Of a stretch of DNA of 64,000 bases, positions 27,078-39,952 are shown one piece after another. The stretch lies in assembly GCA_011109175.1 (NCBI GenBank), contig RDEW01000029.1:34158-98157 (forward strand), written 5' to 3'. The notes below the pieces were generated by a model. The model was not told the origin of the DNA. It worked only from the letters and a program-made list of their open reading frames with translations, and made no database searches. The translations under genes were made by a program, and so were the position numbers. Source of the DNA: Dicyema japonicum. Lineage: Eukaryota; Animalia; Dicyemida. How positions within the stretch are numbered: position 1 is the stretch's first letter; every line of letters starts with the position of its first letter.

Positions 27078-27722
27078 ATGAATTTTAATAATGGATATAG
27101 CAACGGTCCTAATGGCTCACATCAAAATCCCCACTATCAGGGAATGACCTATTACGGAGATTACTCTAACATGGCATACCAGTGGTGCCCATTGTTATGC
27201 AACGATCAAGTAAATCAGAATGTCATAGAGTTCGCAGATGTTGATGTCACAAAACTTACAACTTACTGCAGACAAGTGAGGATAAGATGTGGATATACCC
27301 AATCTGAGTTTGCGGAATTATTTGTCAAATGTGGATTTGATATATCACAAACAACAATCTGCCGATTTGAGTCAAATAAGTTATCCAAACACTCTATGAT
27401 GAAGATATCTGGCATTATATCTATATTTTTGCGGTTATTAATGAAATACTGGAATACAAGGGACACAAAGGAAACCATAATATTTCTTCTCTGTAATGAA
27501 CTCAAAAAAGAAAGGGATAAGAAAATTCAAACACGACGGAAACGAACAACATTTACTCCATATCAGATTGAATATTTTGAGAATGTATACACCAGCAATA
27601 ATAGACCTAACTACAGGGAAATTATCCAGATCTCTCATGAACTAGTAATCCCAACCGACGTGGTTAAGGTTTGGTTCTGCAATAGAAGACAAAGGGACAG
27701 AAATTTACCTAAAGTGTCTTAA
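27078..27722 (+). CDS. Divergent POU-class homeodomain transcription factor, apparently intronless (214 aa)
   Basis: POU-specific-like RIRCGYTQSE..SQTTICRFE, then a homeodomain RRKRTTFTPYQ..VVKVWFCNRRQR. WFCNRRQ is POU-diagnostic. Confidence 0.9.
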   Translation: MNFNNGYSNGPNGSHQNPHYQGMTYYGDYSNMAYQWCPLLCNDQVNQNVIEFADVDVTKLTTYCRQVRIRCGYTQSEFAELFVKCGFDISQTTICRFESNKLSKHSMMKISGIISIFLRLLMKYWNTRDTKETIIFLLCNELKKERDKKIQTRRKRTTFTPYQIEYFENVYTSNNRPNYREIIQISHELVIPTDVVKVWFCNRRQRDRNLPKVS

Positions 27723-28279
27723 TAGTTTAGTGACATTTGTTATATTGATTCTTTTATTTCTATTTCTTGTAAAATACAATCATAAGGTCATATTACTGGA
27801 AAAGGACTGGCATGGACACTGGGATCACTTAATTAGATGATAACTCTTATCCTTTCTGGTGATTTCAGGTTAATTAAATTAATCCATTACAGTCGTGGCT
27901 TCAGAGAGAGGTGGAGAAATTATGTTGGCATTATAATACGTCGATTATGTCGGAGGTGATCATTTTTATTGATTTTTGTGTTTTTGATAAATAAATTCAT
28001 ATTAGTTTAAAAATAAGATAATAACATGATTTTATATAATAAATTTTTGTTTGTTAATATGTAGGAAGGTTGGTTTAGTCCTTGCTGCACAGAATGTCTT
28101 TATATATGCTTCTGAACGAGGTAGTGTCGGGTACAATATACCCTGGTTTGAAGTCTGTCTTATTAAAGAACGGGGGAATTATTGGTTAAATTATTAATTT
28201 CTGACATTATTATATATGGACATAACTGGATCACTACTGAAACAACTTTAAATTAAATTTTTAATCCAAGTTTAGTTGG

Positions 28280-28770
28280 AAACTGGAGACCATAAAGACT
28301 AAGACAGGGCACTCTCAATGATCCATCACAACAAACTCATGAAAAGTAAAGATTCTGTACTAGTCGCCTGACGAAATTATTGTACAGGAGAGTTAGGCAC
28401 TCCTGGATAATCTACTACTCGAAGGATAATTGTTTTAGTGCAAAGTTGTGCAATGTGTTTGTTAAAGCATAATAAAGTGTCAAAAATGACTCTGAGGATT
28501 TTAGTATGTTTAACCACAGGAAGAAGTCAATTGTTGAAATATATAGTTGGACACATGTTACTAACATCACTTCATAAAGGATAAAGGCTGGTATAGCACT
28601 TACATTCGGCGGTTGGTATGAGACTAACTTTGGTGAACGACCTGGACTACCTAAGAGAACTATCGCGCAACAGATGATCATGGTGGAGGCTGACGGAGAG
28701 GATGATTCGGGTACAAGGGAAACTTAACTAATTTTATGTTTTCTCGGGAGTGCTTTATAATAATAGCACT
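28280..28770 (+). mobile_element. RTE-like LINE 3' fragment
   Basis: The 3' UTR GGAAACTTAACTAATTTTATGTTTTCTCGGGAGTGC with a (TAA)n tail is nearly identical to 43440-43505. Confidence 0.7.
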
Positions 28771-28799
28771 TACATCACACCTTTAGATCCTTTAACATG

Positions 28800-28950
28800 C
28801 CGTAGTGACTGCGAAGATCGAGTCACTTGACCAGTACGTGCTTGCGTGGGGTCGAGGGAGGAGCATCGGGCCAAGATGAGGTCCCTGCTCGAGCGTGCTG
28901 GGATAACGTGATTAGTTAGTTTGTGTAACCGTTGTCTCTGGTGTTATTAT
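28800..28950 (+). mobile_element. Short LINE 3' end
   Basis: GGAGGAGCATCGG..GATAACGTGATTAGTTAGTTTG..GGTGTTATTATT resembles the 3' ends at 22930-23020 and 58810-58920. Confidence 0.55.
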
Positions 28951-28959
28951 TATTTAGGT

Positions 28960-30055
28960 ACCAATGTCACATGGCACTTGCAGAAATAAGATAGTGTTTT
29001 TTTCAGCCTATCTTTGTAGAGACTCTTAGAGTTTTTCGCGCCTTCTCGTTGGTTGGACGCCTTGCTGGTGGAGAACTTATAATAATGACTAAGACCATTC
29101 TAAACACCAAAGAGCTCAAAAGAGAAATATCCATTTTAACGGAAATCAATCTTAGTGAGTCCTTAAAAGTTTCTGATTCCAACTGCTAAGGCTTGACTCT
29201 CGGGAAGAGTGATAAAGGAGTTATCTCCACACGAAGTTATTGTCATCCATACTAAGTAGTTATGATTATCCATACTAATCTATTTATATTCTTAATGTTC
29301 CATGGCTTTTTTTTTGATTACTGGGTCAACACTACCCTGATGGCAACATAAACTTTTTAAAGTCGTTTTCAACGAAAGGTTCACATCACATTGGTGACAG
29401 AGTGAGGATGTGTTCACACTTATATGAAGATTTGCAATGGTATTAAAAGGTCTTCCTTAACATTTACATAACCTCCTTTGCCGAACTCGTGGAAGTTAAA
29501 TGTTAGTCGTAGTTTTTCAACACCTACTATTTTTTTCATAGTTGAATTGGACTCAACTTTCGGCAGTATATTCTATATTCGTCGACTTCATGATTCTCCT
29601 CAGCACTTTACGGATAATAAAATCCATCACTTAGTTGAGGGCTCTCTTATTAACCAGGTGATCCTGGGGCCATAAATAAATGAATAAATGTCGCATGCCA
29701 TAACGGTTATGGTGGTAAATAAAGTCAGTCAGGGAGACTGTATTTACTTTATTTTGTATCAAAATTTGATTTGTTTTCTGACACAAAGTCGACGTCGTCC
29801 GCGTAAGCAATTTTTACGATGTTTCCAACATTGAACTTCCGAAGGTCTCGTAATACAGTCTCCAGATATATGACAAATAGCATGGGTGAGAAGGAATCTC
29901 CCTGGGGAGTACCAACATTGCACGTAAATTCACGGGAAAACGTCTTACCGACGCGCACTCTGAGTTTCGTGTTAGATAGCAACACTTTGATCATACTGAA
30001 AGAATCAGGTCCAAGAATTGTTCCAGTATCTTGGGAAGTAGACCACGGCGGACCG
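28960..30055 (-). mobile_element. RTE-like LINE RT fragment
   Basis: VGTPQGDSFSPMLFVIYLE..IAYADD in ORF 29749-29994. Related to the element at 59005-62385. Confidence 0.8.
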
Positions 30056-30059
30056 TGTC

Positions 30060-33000
30060 AAAGGCCCTATGTTATGCTATGTTGTCTAATTAAATCGTGT
30101 CTGACCCTTGGAGATCTCATGAACGAGTTTCCTCCACTCTCCCCGATCCGTTGCAATTTGGAGTAGCCTTGATATAGGCATTCCCGTGACGTCTTCCACC
30201 GTGGATAGCCACCGAGTCCTTGGTTGGCCAGGTCTTCTCTTCCCAGTAATATTGCTGAGCATAATGGTTCTTTCCAGTGAATCAGAGCGGACAACATGCC
30301 CAAAGAACGCCAATCTGTGTTTTACGATTCTTCCTTCTACCGAAATGTCCGTCTCTACCCGTTTGAGTACATCGATGTTTGTTATTTTGGAAGTCCTCCT
30401 CCAGCACCACAGCTCAAAAGCATCAATTTCCGCCTTTTTCAGTATCAATGATTCTGCGCCGTATAGAAAAACCGGGAACACGATTGCATTAACCAGTTTG
30501 CATTTGGTCCTTAAGCAAATATCTTTGCTTTTCCAAATTCTATTCATTCTCTGGAAGGTGTCTCGTCCCATGACAATTCGCCTCTTGATTTCCAAGCCTC
30601 CGTCACCATTCCGATTAATTAGACATCCCAGAAAAACAACATTATCGCTACTCTCTATTTTCTCATTCCCAATTTTTAGTTCCATTATTAGCAGTCGTCA
30701 TAATTTTGGTCTTTTTGATATTTAGTAATAACGCCTCTTGATTTCCAAGCCTCCGTCACCATTCCGATTAATTAGACATCCCAGAAAAACAACATTATCG
30801 CTACTCTCTATTTTCTCATTCCCAATTTTTAGTTCCATTATTAGCAGTCGTCATAATTTTGGTCTTTTTGATATTTAGTAATAAACCAAAGACGGCGCTC
30901 TCTTCTCTGAATCTTAGAATCAACTCCCTGAGTCCATCCTCTGTTTCAGCCAGTAAGGTTGTATCGTCAGCATAGCGCAAATTATTGATGTTCCTGCCTT
31001 CAATTTTAATCCCTTTGATACAGTATCCAATTTAGTCATGATCATTTCGGCATAAATATTGAATAGGAGATAATAAGCATCCTTGTCTTACTCCACTCCC
31101 TGAGTCCATCCTCTGTTTCAGCCAGTAAGGTTGTATCGTCAGCATAGCGCAAATTATTGATGTTCCTGCCTTCAATTTTAATCCCTTTGATACAGTATCC
31201 AATTTAATCATGATCATTTCGGCATAAATATTGAATAGGAGATAATAAGCATCCTTGTCTTACTCCTCTACCAATTTTGAACCAATCGGTATCTCCATAC
31301 ACTGTTCTAACAGTAGCTTCTTGATTCTTATAAAGAGATTTGATAAGCAATATCAGATGGCCATCGAATCCAAATTCTTTTAAAACAGACCACAGCTTTT
31401 CATGTATAACGGAATCAAAAGCTTTCCGATAGTCAATGAAACACATGTATACATTCTTTTGGGATTCATGGGATTTCTCCATAATCCACCGGACATTTGC
31501 TATATGGTCACGTGTGCCTCGTCCCTTCCTGAATCCTGCTTGGAGATCCGGTAGAATCATTTCGGCATTTGGCATTATCTTTAGAAGTATTTTGCTGACG
31601 TGGGGAATTAAGGCTATTGTACGATAGTTCGAACAGTACTTGCTATCCCATTTTTTTGGTATTGGAATAAATATAGATCTTTTCCACTCACTTGGCCAAA
31701 TACCAGTTTCCCAAATTTTTTGACATAGACTGGTGATAGCTGTCACCGGTATAGCCTTCAACAATTCGCTTGAGATGTCGTCAATCCCTGGTGTCTTGTT
31801 CCCCGTTAATTGCCATTTAGCCCACACGCATTCCTCCTCAAGGATTTTATGCCTCTCACCCAACGTTTTTCATTAACACATATGAGTGGGCACACAGTTT
31901 TTGAATATAGCCGTTCCGTATATTCTCTCCAACGATTTCGGATGTTTTGTTGGCTTAGCAATTCTACACCATCCTTGTCCTTGATTTTGCCCATCATTTT
32001 CGTAAAGGTGGTTCGTAATCTTTTTAGTTGTTAATACGCATTCCTAGTGTGACCTCTCTTATAGTCATCTTACATTTTTTGCAGGGTAACCTCCGGTAAT
32101 CTTCTTTATTTTTCCTGGCTTCCTTTTTGAATTCAGAATTAAGTTTTCTTATCTCGTCTGTATTCCCAGAGACTTTACAACTTTACGAGCCTCAGCAATG
32201 TTTAGGGTGTTGGCAGAGAGCCACTCAGAGCACTTGGCCGGTGTTTTGTATTTATTGCAGCGTTCCTGATAACCAACTGCATATCATTCCATAATTCCGT
32301 TTAAATCCAGTAATCCAATATCCATTGCATATTCTGGTGGTATGTTTGAGACATCGAATTTCTTTACTCGGAGGGTATTCCATGTGTTACTGAATTTCGT
32401 CCTAATTTTTGCAACAAGTAGCTGATGGTCTATTCCACAGTCTGCCCCTGGATATGTTTTGACGGCTGTTATAGAGCTTTTCCAACGTTTGGCGCACAAA
32501 ATATAATCAATCTGGTTCCTAGACATTCCATTTGGCGACGTCCAAGTATATAATCGTCGTTTGTACTGTTTGAACTATGTGTTAGTTATCTGAAATTCAT
32601 TTTCCTGACAGAATTGGACCAGTCGATCCCCAGCATCATTTCTTTTCCACAAACCAAAACTTCCCACAATATCCGTATGCACCCAACCTTTGAATTGAAA
32701 TCCCCCATTATGTAGATTATGTTTTTTTTGGGTTTTAGTGCCTCTTGAAATTCATAATAAAATTGGTCAATTTCGTCATCCTTGGCAATAGATGTTGGGG
32801 CATACACTTGCATGACCGTAATATTCAATAGTCGTCCACGAACGTGGATTAGTATTATCCGATCATTAAATATTCTATGACTTTCAATAGCACGTGCAAT
32901 TTTCTTTGAAGCAATGAAGGCCACTCCATTTCTCTTTGCATTAAGGTTACCAGAATAATATATGACGAAATCATCAGAACGAAAAAACCACTGTCGATTT

Positions 33001-33200
33001 AGTGAAGTTCGCTTACTCCAAGCAGGTCAATATCAAGCCTTCTCATTTCTCTTTTTACGACTTCTAGTTTTCCTTCGTTTAAGTCTCTTACGTACCATGT
33101 TGAAAAAGACTCGAGGTTTGATGTTTTGCAGTAACGTTGCTTCCAATTAGATCGTAGGAGAGTTTGATCATAGGATTTTCTTGGCATTTAAATACAGGGT
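30060..33200 (-). mobile_element. Degenerate full-length RTE-clade (BovB/RTE-1-like) LINE
   Basis: APE: TWYVRDLN..GVSELH, QVYAPTS, MGDFNSKVG, NQIDYIL, CGIDHQLL. RT: YRTIAL, QAGFRKGRG, GVRQGCLLSP. C-terminal RRPGQPRTRW..DRGEWRKLV. Two internal ~150-nt duplications. Confidence 0.92.
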
Positions 33201-33304
33201 AGGTTGTCAGGTCTTTCCCCATCAACATTGGGATAAGTTTCAGAGAATGTACACAACAACACATTTTAACAACACGGCCATAAAATTCAAATTATTGAAT
33301 TTTT

Positions 33305-33327
33305 CGGATTAACGAGGGTTTACTGTA
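33305..33327 (-). mobile_element. Solo Tc1/pogo-type terminal inverted repeat
   Basis: Reverse strand reads TA CAGTAAACCCTCGTTAATCCG, a Tigger/pogo-like TIR with the TA target. No partner TIR found. Confidence 0.45.
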
Positions 33328-33329
33328 TT

Positions 33330-34150
33330 CAGTCTGGTCTTTGAGATTTGTTAATAATCTTCCATTCCCGTCATTGTGCTCGGATTTGTTCGTTTTTTTT
33401 CTGTTGAGCAGACGGATTCTATTCGACAGAGGAAAATGGAAAAGATTAACACTCAATATTGTTTTGAGTGCTGCACATGCGAGGCTATAAACATTATGGC
33501 TTTCGTAAAAGTGCCTTAATAATAAGACAGATTACAGTGAACATTTTTTATGAGTCCTTGAATTGTTCACCTTCTGCAACTCTTAGATCAACCAGGTTAA
33601 TGGCGCTTCTTATTCAAAATCTTGATAGTTTTCTCGGTGGATGTTCTTCTAGACTTCAAGATTTGTTTCCTGTTCGGATCAGACGTATTTTACAGTTAAT
33701 CTTAGTTCCCTTGTTCTCTAACGAGGGCGGACAAATCTAGATGTCGTTTTACGATGAGGGGGTGTTGAAAACCAGTATTACATAGAAACAGATCAAATTC
33801 CTGGCAAAATTCTGCCACGATTATTCCCTGAAAGTTTCTAATTGCTCTTCCGTGCTGGCTAATGATGCGTTCATTTCCTCTATAAGTTCCTACTTTAGCA
33901 TTCCAGTCCCCGGCAATGAACAATGAGTATTATGAACTGAGGTCTGTTTATCTCCTTTTAGATTCCTCGTAAAAAAGTCGAGTTCTTCCAGATTTTTAAA
34001 GCAATTCCACGGTGTGGTGTGTAAACGTAGATGATTGAGATTAGTTTCCTCGAATTTCTGTTTAATCTTGTACGTATTTGTAAGACAATGATTTTCCAAT
34101 AACGATATAATCCGGGAATATAGTGTATTACAAAACCTTGTCCATAGTGC
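33330..34150 (-). mobile_element. RTE-like APE fragments
   Basis: IYVYTPH, FIAGDWNAKVG, FLCNTGFQH. Confidence 0.7.
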
Positions 34151-36250
34151 CTCGATTCCGAGGGAAGCAATATTAAGCGGTACCTGTTGGCCCTCTTTTT
34201 TTGGAGAGGCAGAGGTTCTACAAGCATGAAGTCTGTTCTTACGATAATTGGGGTGAACACTCGATCCTTAAAGAGAAGGCGTTCTGAGATTGTGCATATG
34301 CTATCCACTAATCCCGTTGATATATTAATTGTTAATGAAACCAAGTCAAAGAGTGAGGATAATTTTCAACTTGAGGGATATTTTTTTCTTGATATTAAAT
34401 AAAAGTCTGTTGCAGGAACGGGTACATCTTTGTTCTACAGACTAAATTCAAGGGTTCGTAACCTGAAGATCATATCCCAAGAAATGTATGAGTTTGTTTC
34501 CCTGGGAGTACGAGTGAAAAATCTGAAAATTGGAGGAATGTATTCTAAAAAATTATCTTCGTTTCCTTGTCGTATCAATTTTTTTTCATCATGAAAATGC
34601 ACTTTCTCGATATTTTTTGGGGACTTAAACTCTAAAGATATCTCGTTTGGTTGTCTGGGAACGAACAGAGACGGACTTGTTTTGAAAGATATGTCTTTGT
34701 CTTCCGGGTTTTCTGTTGTGATGTCCTCGACCCCGAATCACTATTTTCAAGTAACTGGGATTATTTGGAAATGGCGTTAATATCGGAATCTGTTCACCAA
34801 TTTTTGGAACGACCGAATACGTTTGTCTTTATAAACTCAACCTAACTCCTTTAGAGGTGAAGCCTCCTCTAGTACGCTATAATCTGACAGGTATAAACTG
34901 GGACCATTACCGAAAAAGTATGGCTAAATAGTTGGAACGTTTTGGGAATTTTTGTAATCCGGAGTCTCCCAAGTTGAATCTTGAGAGTTTGAGTGACTCT
35001 AATTGTTTTTTTAAATCGTACCTCGAAATATATGCGAATAAATTCTATTCGGTTAACAAGAATTCTTCATTGACACCAAAAAATGTTATAGTCCTCTTAA
35101 AAAAAAACAATGCTTGAAAAACAAATTACGTCGATGTCCTGATCCCCATGACCGTAGGTCATGGAGCTAGAAATTATGATGATCACGCAAGAAATAAAAA
35201 GTTAAGAAAAATAATTTTTGGATAGCTCAGTGCAACGAATTGTATCGAAAAAACCCAAACTTTAGGAAAGTCTATAATATAGAAACCGACATAAATCCAG
35301 AAAAGAAATTCCACTGTTGCAATGTCATGATGGGTCTCCTGTATATTTAGAAGAAATTCCTAACCTGTTTGGGGATTAACTCTCGAAATACAGCAGGTTA
35401 ACCCTGATGAGTGACTGTCTCGCTTGGCCCTCAGTTTTCTAAAAGAAAATCAGGAAAAAGGAATTATTTCTTTACCTCTACGTCACAGCCCTATAAATGG
35501 TGGAGATGTTGAAAATGCGGTAAAATGTACTAAAGACAATGCTCCTGGAAAGGACAAGATCGCTATTCGTTTATTCAAGGAAGCACCCAAGGTACGCTAT
35601 GAATATCTGGGATTTCTCTATTCGTGCAGTATCAGGTTGAGTTATATACCTTCGCATTGGAAATTGACGAAGGTCAGGATGATGCGCAAATCTGGGAATC
35701 CTGGGTACTTGACAACCAGTTATAGGCCCATAAGCCTTATACCAACGATCTCAAGAGTTATGGAAAGAATTATATTCAACAGACTTTATGAAAATATAGA
35801 ACGTAATGATATACTAAAAGAACATCAGTAGGGTTTTCGAAAAAATCGGCCTTGTGGAAATTGTTTGTACAGTGTTAACGCGTCTAAAGGGTGTTTGACC
35901 GCAGTCTTCCTTGATATATCCTAAGCTTTCGACAATATGTGGCATCTTGGTCTTTTTATTTGTCTTGTGAAATGTGGTATTGAAAAGAAACTCTATTTTT
36001 GGATACAAAGTTTGCTCTCGGATAGACTTTAATTTTTTAAACTATGAATCTCATGAAATTTGGTTGAGAAAAGGTGTACCTCAGGGTTCAGTGCTCAGTC
36101 CTCTATTATTTAACATTGTAATGAGTGAATTGCCTTCCACAGAAAACCCACGTACAGTAATTTTGAGAAATCTGGTATGCTGAGGATAACTGGAAGCAGG
36201 AGGATGGCTAGCCTAAAGAGCTTGTTACAAGACATACCTCGGAAGAAGAC
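34150..36250 (+). mobile_element. Degenerate LINE related to the 2640-4960 family
   Basis: IIGVNTRSL..IVNETK (APE), YRPISLIPT..MERII, GVPQGSVLSPLLFN (RT). Many disruptions. Confidence 0.85.
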
Positions 36251-36299
36251 TGAAATACCATCCTCCTAATTGATGAGGGAGGTAATTTTATGGAACATG

Positions 36300-36900
36300 C
36301 TAAAATATGAAAGAAAAAAGTTACGAACACTCTTTTCTGCGTTAGAAAATTAAAGCACAAACCAGAGATCTTTGTTTATGTCTTCAACACTGAGTACTAC
36401 CTGCAATTTTATATGGTTAAGAAAGATGGTACGATTCGAAAAAGAGAGACTCTTTTCTCAAGAAATTTGATTTAAAGCTTGCATAAGAGAAAAGTCCTCG
36501 TATGCCAATTCCCTTATAATTGGAAGGAAAAATGCACAAGGTTGCGGAACTATCGAAAATCTTATTTGAGGTTTCAAAAATCGTACTAAAGTATCTGGCA
36601 CATATCTTCAGAGATGACCCTGTGTTTACGGATTTTTTTGGGGAGACTGTAGAAGTCGGTTGGTATGCCCTACCGTTTCATATTACTTCCCCCAGCACTT
36701 AATTTACGGTGTGTTTCTTTATAATAACTTACTATTTTCGTCTTCTGGAAGCAGCATACAGAACCAAATATTTCTCAACATCGGAACATAGAAGCTGCCT
36801 CTTAGACAAATTATTCAGGTCTCTGACATTGAAGGTTAGGATAGTCAGGTCATTAAATTGATACGAATCCTTTGTAGACATAGGTGCAAGAGAGCCACGT
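36300..36900 (-). mobile_element. LINE APE 5' remnant
   Basis: The reverse strand reads LTILTFNVRDLNNLSKRQLL, an APE start motif. The rest is degraded. Confidence 0.5.
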
Positions 36901-38150
36901 CACCACTTCAACCAAAATGTTAGCCTTAAAATTATTTAATCACAAATTAAGAATATGTCTCCTACATTAACATCTCTTAGTTTTTTCAAGTGATGGAAAC
37001 TGGTGACTAACAATAACGTAAATACAATGACGAACGTTCCCGGAAATCCAAAAGGTTGATCCCGTGCGGGGAAGACACAGGAGACCGTCCAGGACACGAG
37101 AAAATGTGATTTGTCCAGTAGTCATCAAGTGCACATGAATGGCAGAGTGGAAACTTTGTCCGGTCTTGTAAGGTAAGCGTTGAGACCCACAAGGTGACCG
37201 CATCGGAGGCGCACCAGGTTTACCCTAATATCCAGAGGGAAATAGGATTCACTGATATCGATGCTTGTTAGATGGCAACCAAGAAACTTTTTCAATTCAA
37301 GTGTTCTTTTTCAATTCAATTCTTAGACACCCATTCATGTATAGTTTCATAATAAACTCTCAATCCCTTTCGAGATGGACAGAAAACCGAGATGGAAAAA
37401 AACCGATGGACAAGGTTTATTGTGTAAAGGCAGAAATGGCTTATAAGTATTATGTTTTTGAGTATTATAATCTGTATACCCTCTAGGTCGGAATAATAAA
37501 TGTTTCAACTTTTGGATAGTACTTTTCACTTTTCTTTGACCTATTTGGAGGAAGAAAAAGGAAACTCTCAAATTTCCTAGGTGGAATAAAACTAATACCT
37601 ACATAATATTTTAGTTTATTTTGGTTTTCATGATACTCGTTTACCGGACTTTTTTAAGATTGGTAAAATGAAGAAGCGTTCTCCTCATTCTTGAATGAAA
37701 TTTAAGTTATCAAAGTAGTTTGGAAATCATAGGCGGTCATCGCAATAATATTGACAATTTCAAAACCTTTGAAGCTTTTGGGACGATTTCTTAAAGAGCC
37801 ATTACCTGGATTAAAGAACCTATCACGGCACCAGAAATCTACGATGACTTAGAAAATTTCATCCTCAGTGGAAATTCTCAATGTTTCTTGAAAAATAAGG
37901 CAAAAGCGGAAAGATCCTTATTCGAAAATTATAGAGGGTCGTTAAAGCTCAAGAAAATACACCTACTCTTATTAATTTGTATAATTTAATTTATTAACCC
38001 CAGATACACCGAGAAAGAAGTTAAAGTAAACAACTAATTAAGTGTATCCAGTTTCCACTTATACAGAGTCCATCCGGAATCAGCATAAAGGGTGAGACGT
38101 CCATTACATGTAGTTGTGAAAACCACTCCAGTGGAGTGGGAGAGAGCAAA

Positions 38151-38212
38151 TGATCCTTTTTCGTGCAGGCCTGGCACTGGGCGCCACCTAGACAGGTAGA
38201 TCACATGACGCC
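38151..38212 (-). repeat. 62-nt structured dispersed repeat, copy 2
   Basis: Homologous to 24557-24618. It follows a ..RAAWRHLV.. frame that resembles a LINE ORF C-terminus. Confidence 0.7.
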
Positions 38213-38406
38213 ATTCTAACAGGGAACAGACAAAAAAAACAGAAACTTCAACCAATTAGCCACGAAGAACCAAATGACGCCACGCGGCTCTCAAACACTA
38301 TCCTAGTCTCATGAAGTTACTCACATTCTCAACGATCATTTGAGATTGAAATTATTAAAGAAAATAAAAAATAGTAAAAATTTAAATAAATATTTTTAAA
38401 TTGGAA

Positions 38407-39145
38407 ATGACCGACAAGAGGTTTGTGATGATTAATTTATGCTCAGACAATATGGACTTTTAATACCCGATAAAAAGACAAAAAAGCTGTCAAAGAGCTG
38501 TGTATTCGATGAAGATGACGATGAAGTCAAAAAACTTACTTTAAAGTCTACCAGTGCTTCCAAATATTTCATCTCAAAAGAGGTAATATTCATATCTAAG
38601 TTAAACAGTCCCAATGTGAGATTGAGTCAGCTTTAAAGGACGACCCTGATGTCTTTGAGTACGATGCCGTGTTTGAGAAGATTAACAAGACTACTGTTTC
38701 CACTAAGGAGAAGACGAGGCCCGTCAAATATATGCACAGAATCCTGGAGGCAGCGAAGGAGCGGAAGATCGAGCAGGATCGCAGGAATGAACGTAAGGCC
38801 CAGAAGGACCTGGATAAGGATAGCTGTGAAGAGGCCTTCATAACATCGGGGTACAAACGAAGACTAGAGGAGATGAGAGTTGAAGAAGAAAGACTAAGAG
38901 TACATAAGGATAGCTGTGAAGAGGCCTTCATAACATCGGGGTACAAACGAAGACTAGAGGAGATGAGAGTTGAAGAAGAAAGACTAAGAGTACAAGATGA
39001 GGAAGACGGTGAGGGTTTGTGTGATATCCTAGCCAAATATGATATTAGAGGGACCAAGGACATATCGGCCATATATAAGCATCTCTATAGCACTGATGCG
39101 GCACAGATGAGTAGGCATAATACTAAAAGGCGGACAAATTTATGA
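38407..39145 (+). CDS. NSRP1: Nuclear speckle splicing regulatory protein 1 (CCDC55/NSRP1), 3 exons
   Basis: Spliced model MTDKR|QYGLLIP..ALKDDPDVFEYDAVF..KYMHRILEAAKERKIEQ..EEAFITSGYKRRLEE matches the DUF2040 pattern. Two 26-nt introns. Confidence 0.88.
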
Positions 39146-39500
39146 TTTATTTGTTTTTTATATATTTTGCATTTCTATTGTCGTTTTTATGTGAGAATGA
39201 GTGTTGGGAGGTGGTCATATAGTCAAGGATTTAATCTCGGTGTGAGTTTTCCCCTCACTTTTGAATTCTTATCGACTAAAAAAAGACTTTAACGGAAGGG
39301 AGATGGAACCTGATTAGACATGGACGATTTGTTTAGGTCGCTAGATTATCTCTTAAATTAGTTTTATCATGTTGATATGTCACTTTTTTGTGTCAAATGG
39401 TGGTTATCATAGTTTATTCTATCCTAAATAATAGCACTCTGTGAATATAATTTGTGTTTGTTTTATNTGATGAACTTATCCAAAACCTGAGAAATTTAAT

Positions 39501-39611
39501 TGGAGGCCATTTTGAATGGAGGCCATTTTGAATGGAGGCCGTTTTGAATGGAGGCCGTTTTGAATGGAGGCCATTTTGAATGGAGGCCATTTTGAAAGAG
39601 GCCATTTTGAA
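39501..39611 (+). repeat. Minisatellite, 7 x 16-nt unit TGGAGGCCATTTTGAA
   Basis: Read directly; two units carry A>G and the last is partial. Confidence 0.95.
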
Positions 39612-39952
39612 TGGGAACCCTTTTTTGTGTCAAATGGTGGTTATCATAGTTTATTCTATCCTAAATAATAGCACTCTGTGAATCTAATTTGTGTTTGTTT
39701 TATCCATTTTTGCTATTAATGATAGTGCATAAGAATCCGCCATGCCTCAACTCCTGCAGTAGTTTCCTATTTCTTTTTAAAGTTTCGGTCTTGACTCATG
39801 AATAAGTAGTTGTCAGACAATATTGAATGAGAAATTATCAACACAGGGTATTTCCACCTTTCCACTGGAAGAGACAGGTGTTTTGTTAAAGTCCAATAGG
39901 TTCCACATGATATCCAGAAATATCAAATCCTTTAAAATAATTTTTTTTCCAG

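Noticed and set aside
36950-37300. Plus-strand segment with a 21-nt GT-AG candidate (gtaagcgttgagacccacaag)
   Set aside because: All tested splice combinations hit stops; no supportable gene model.
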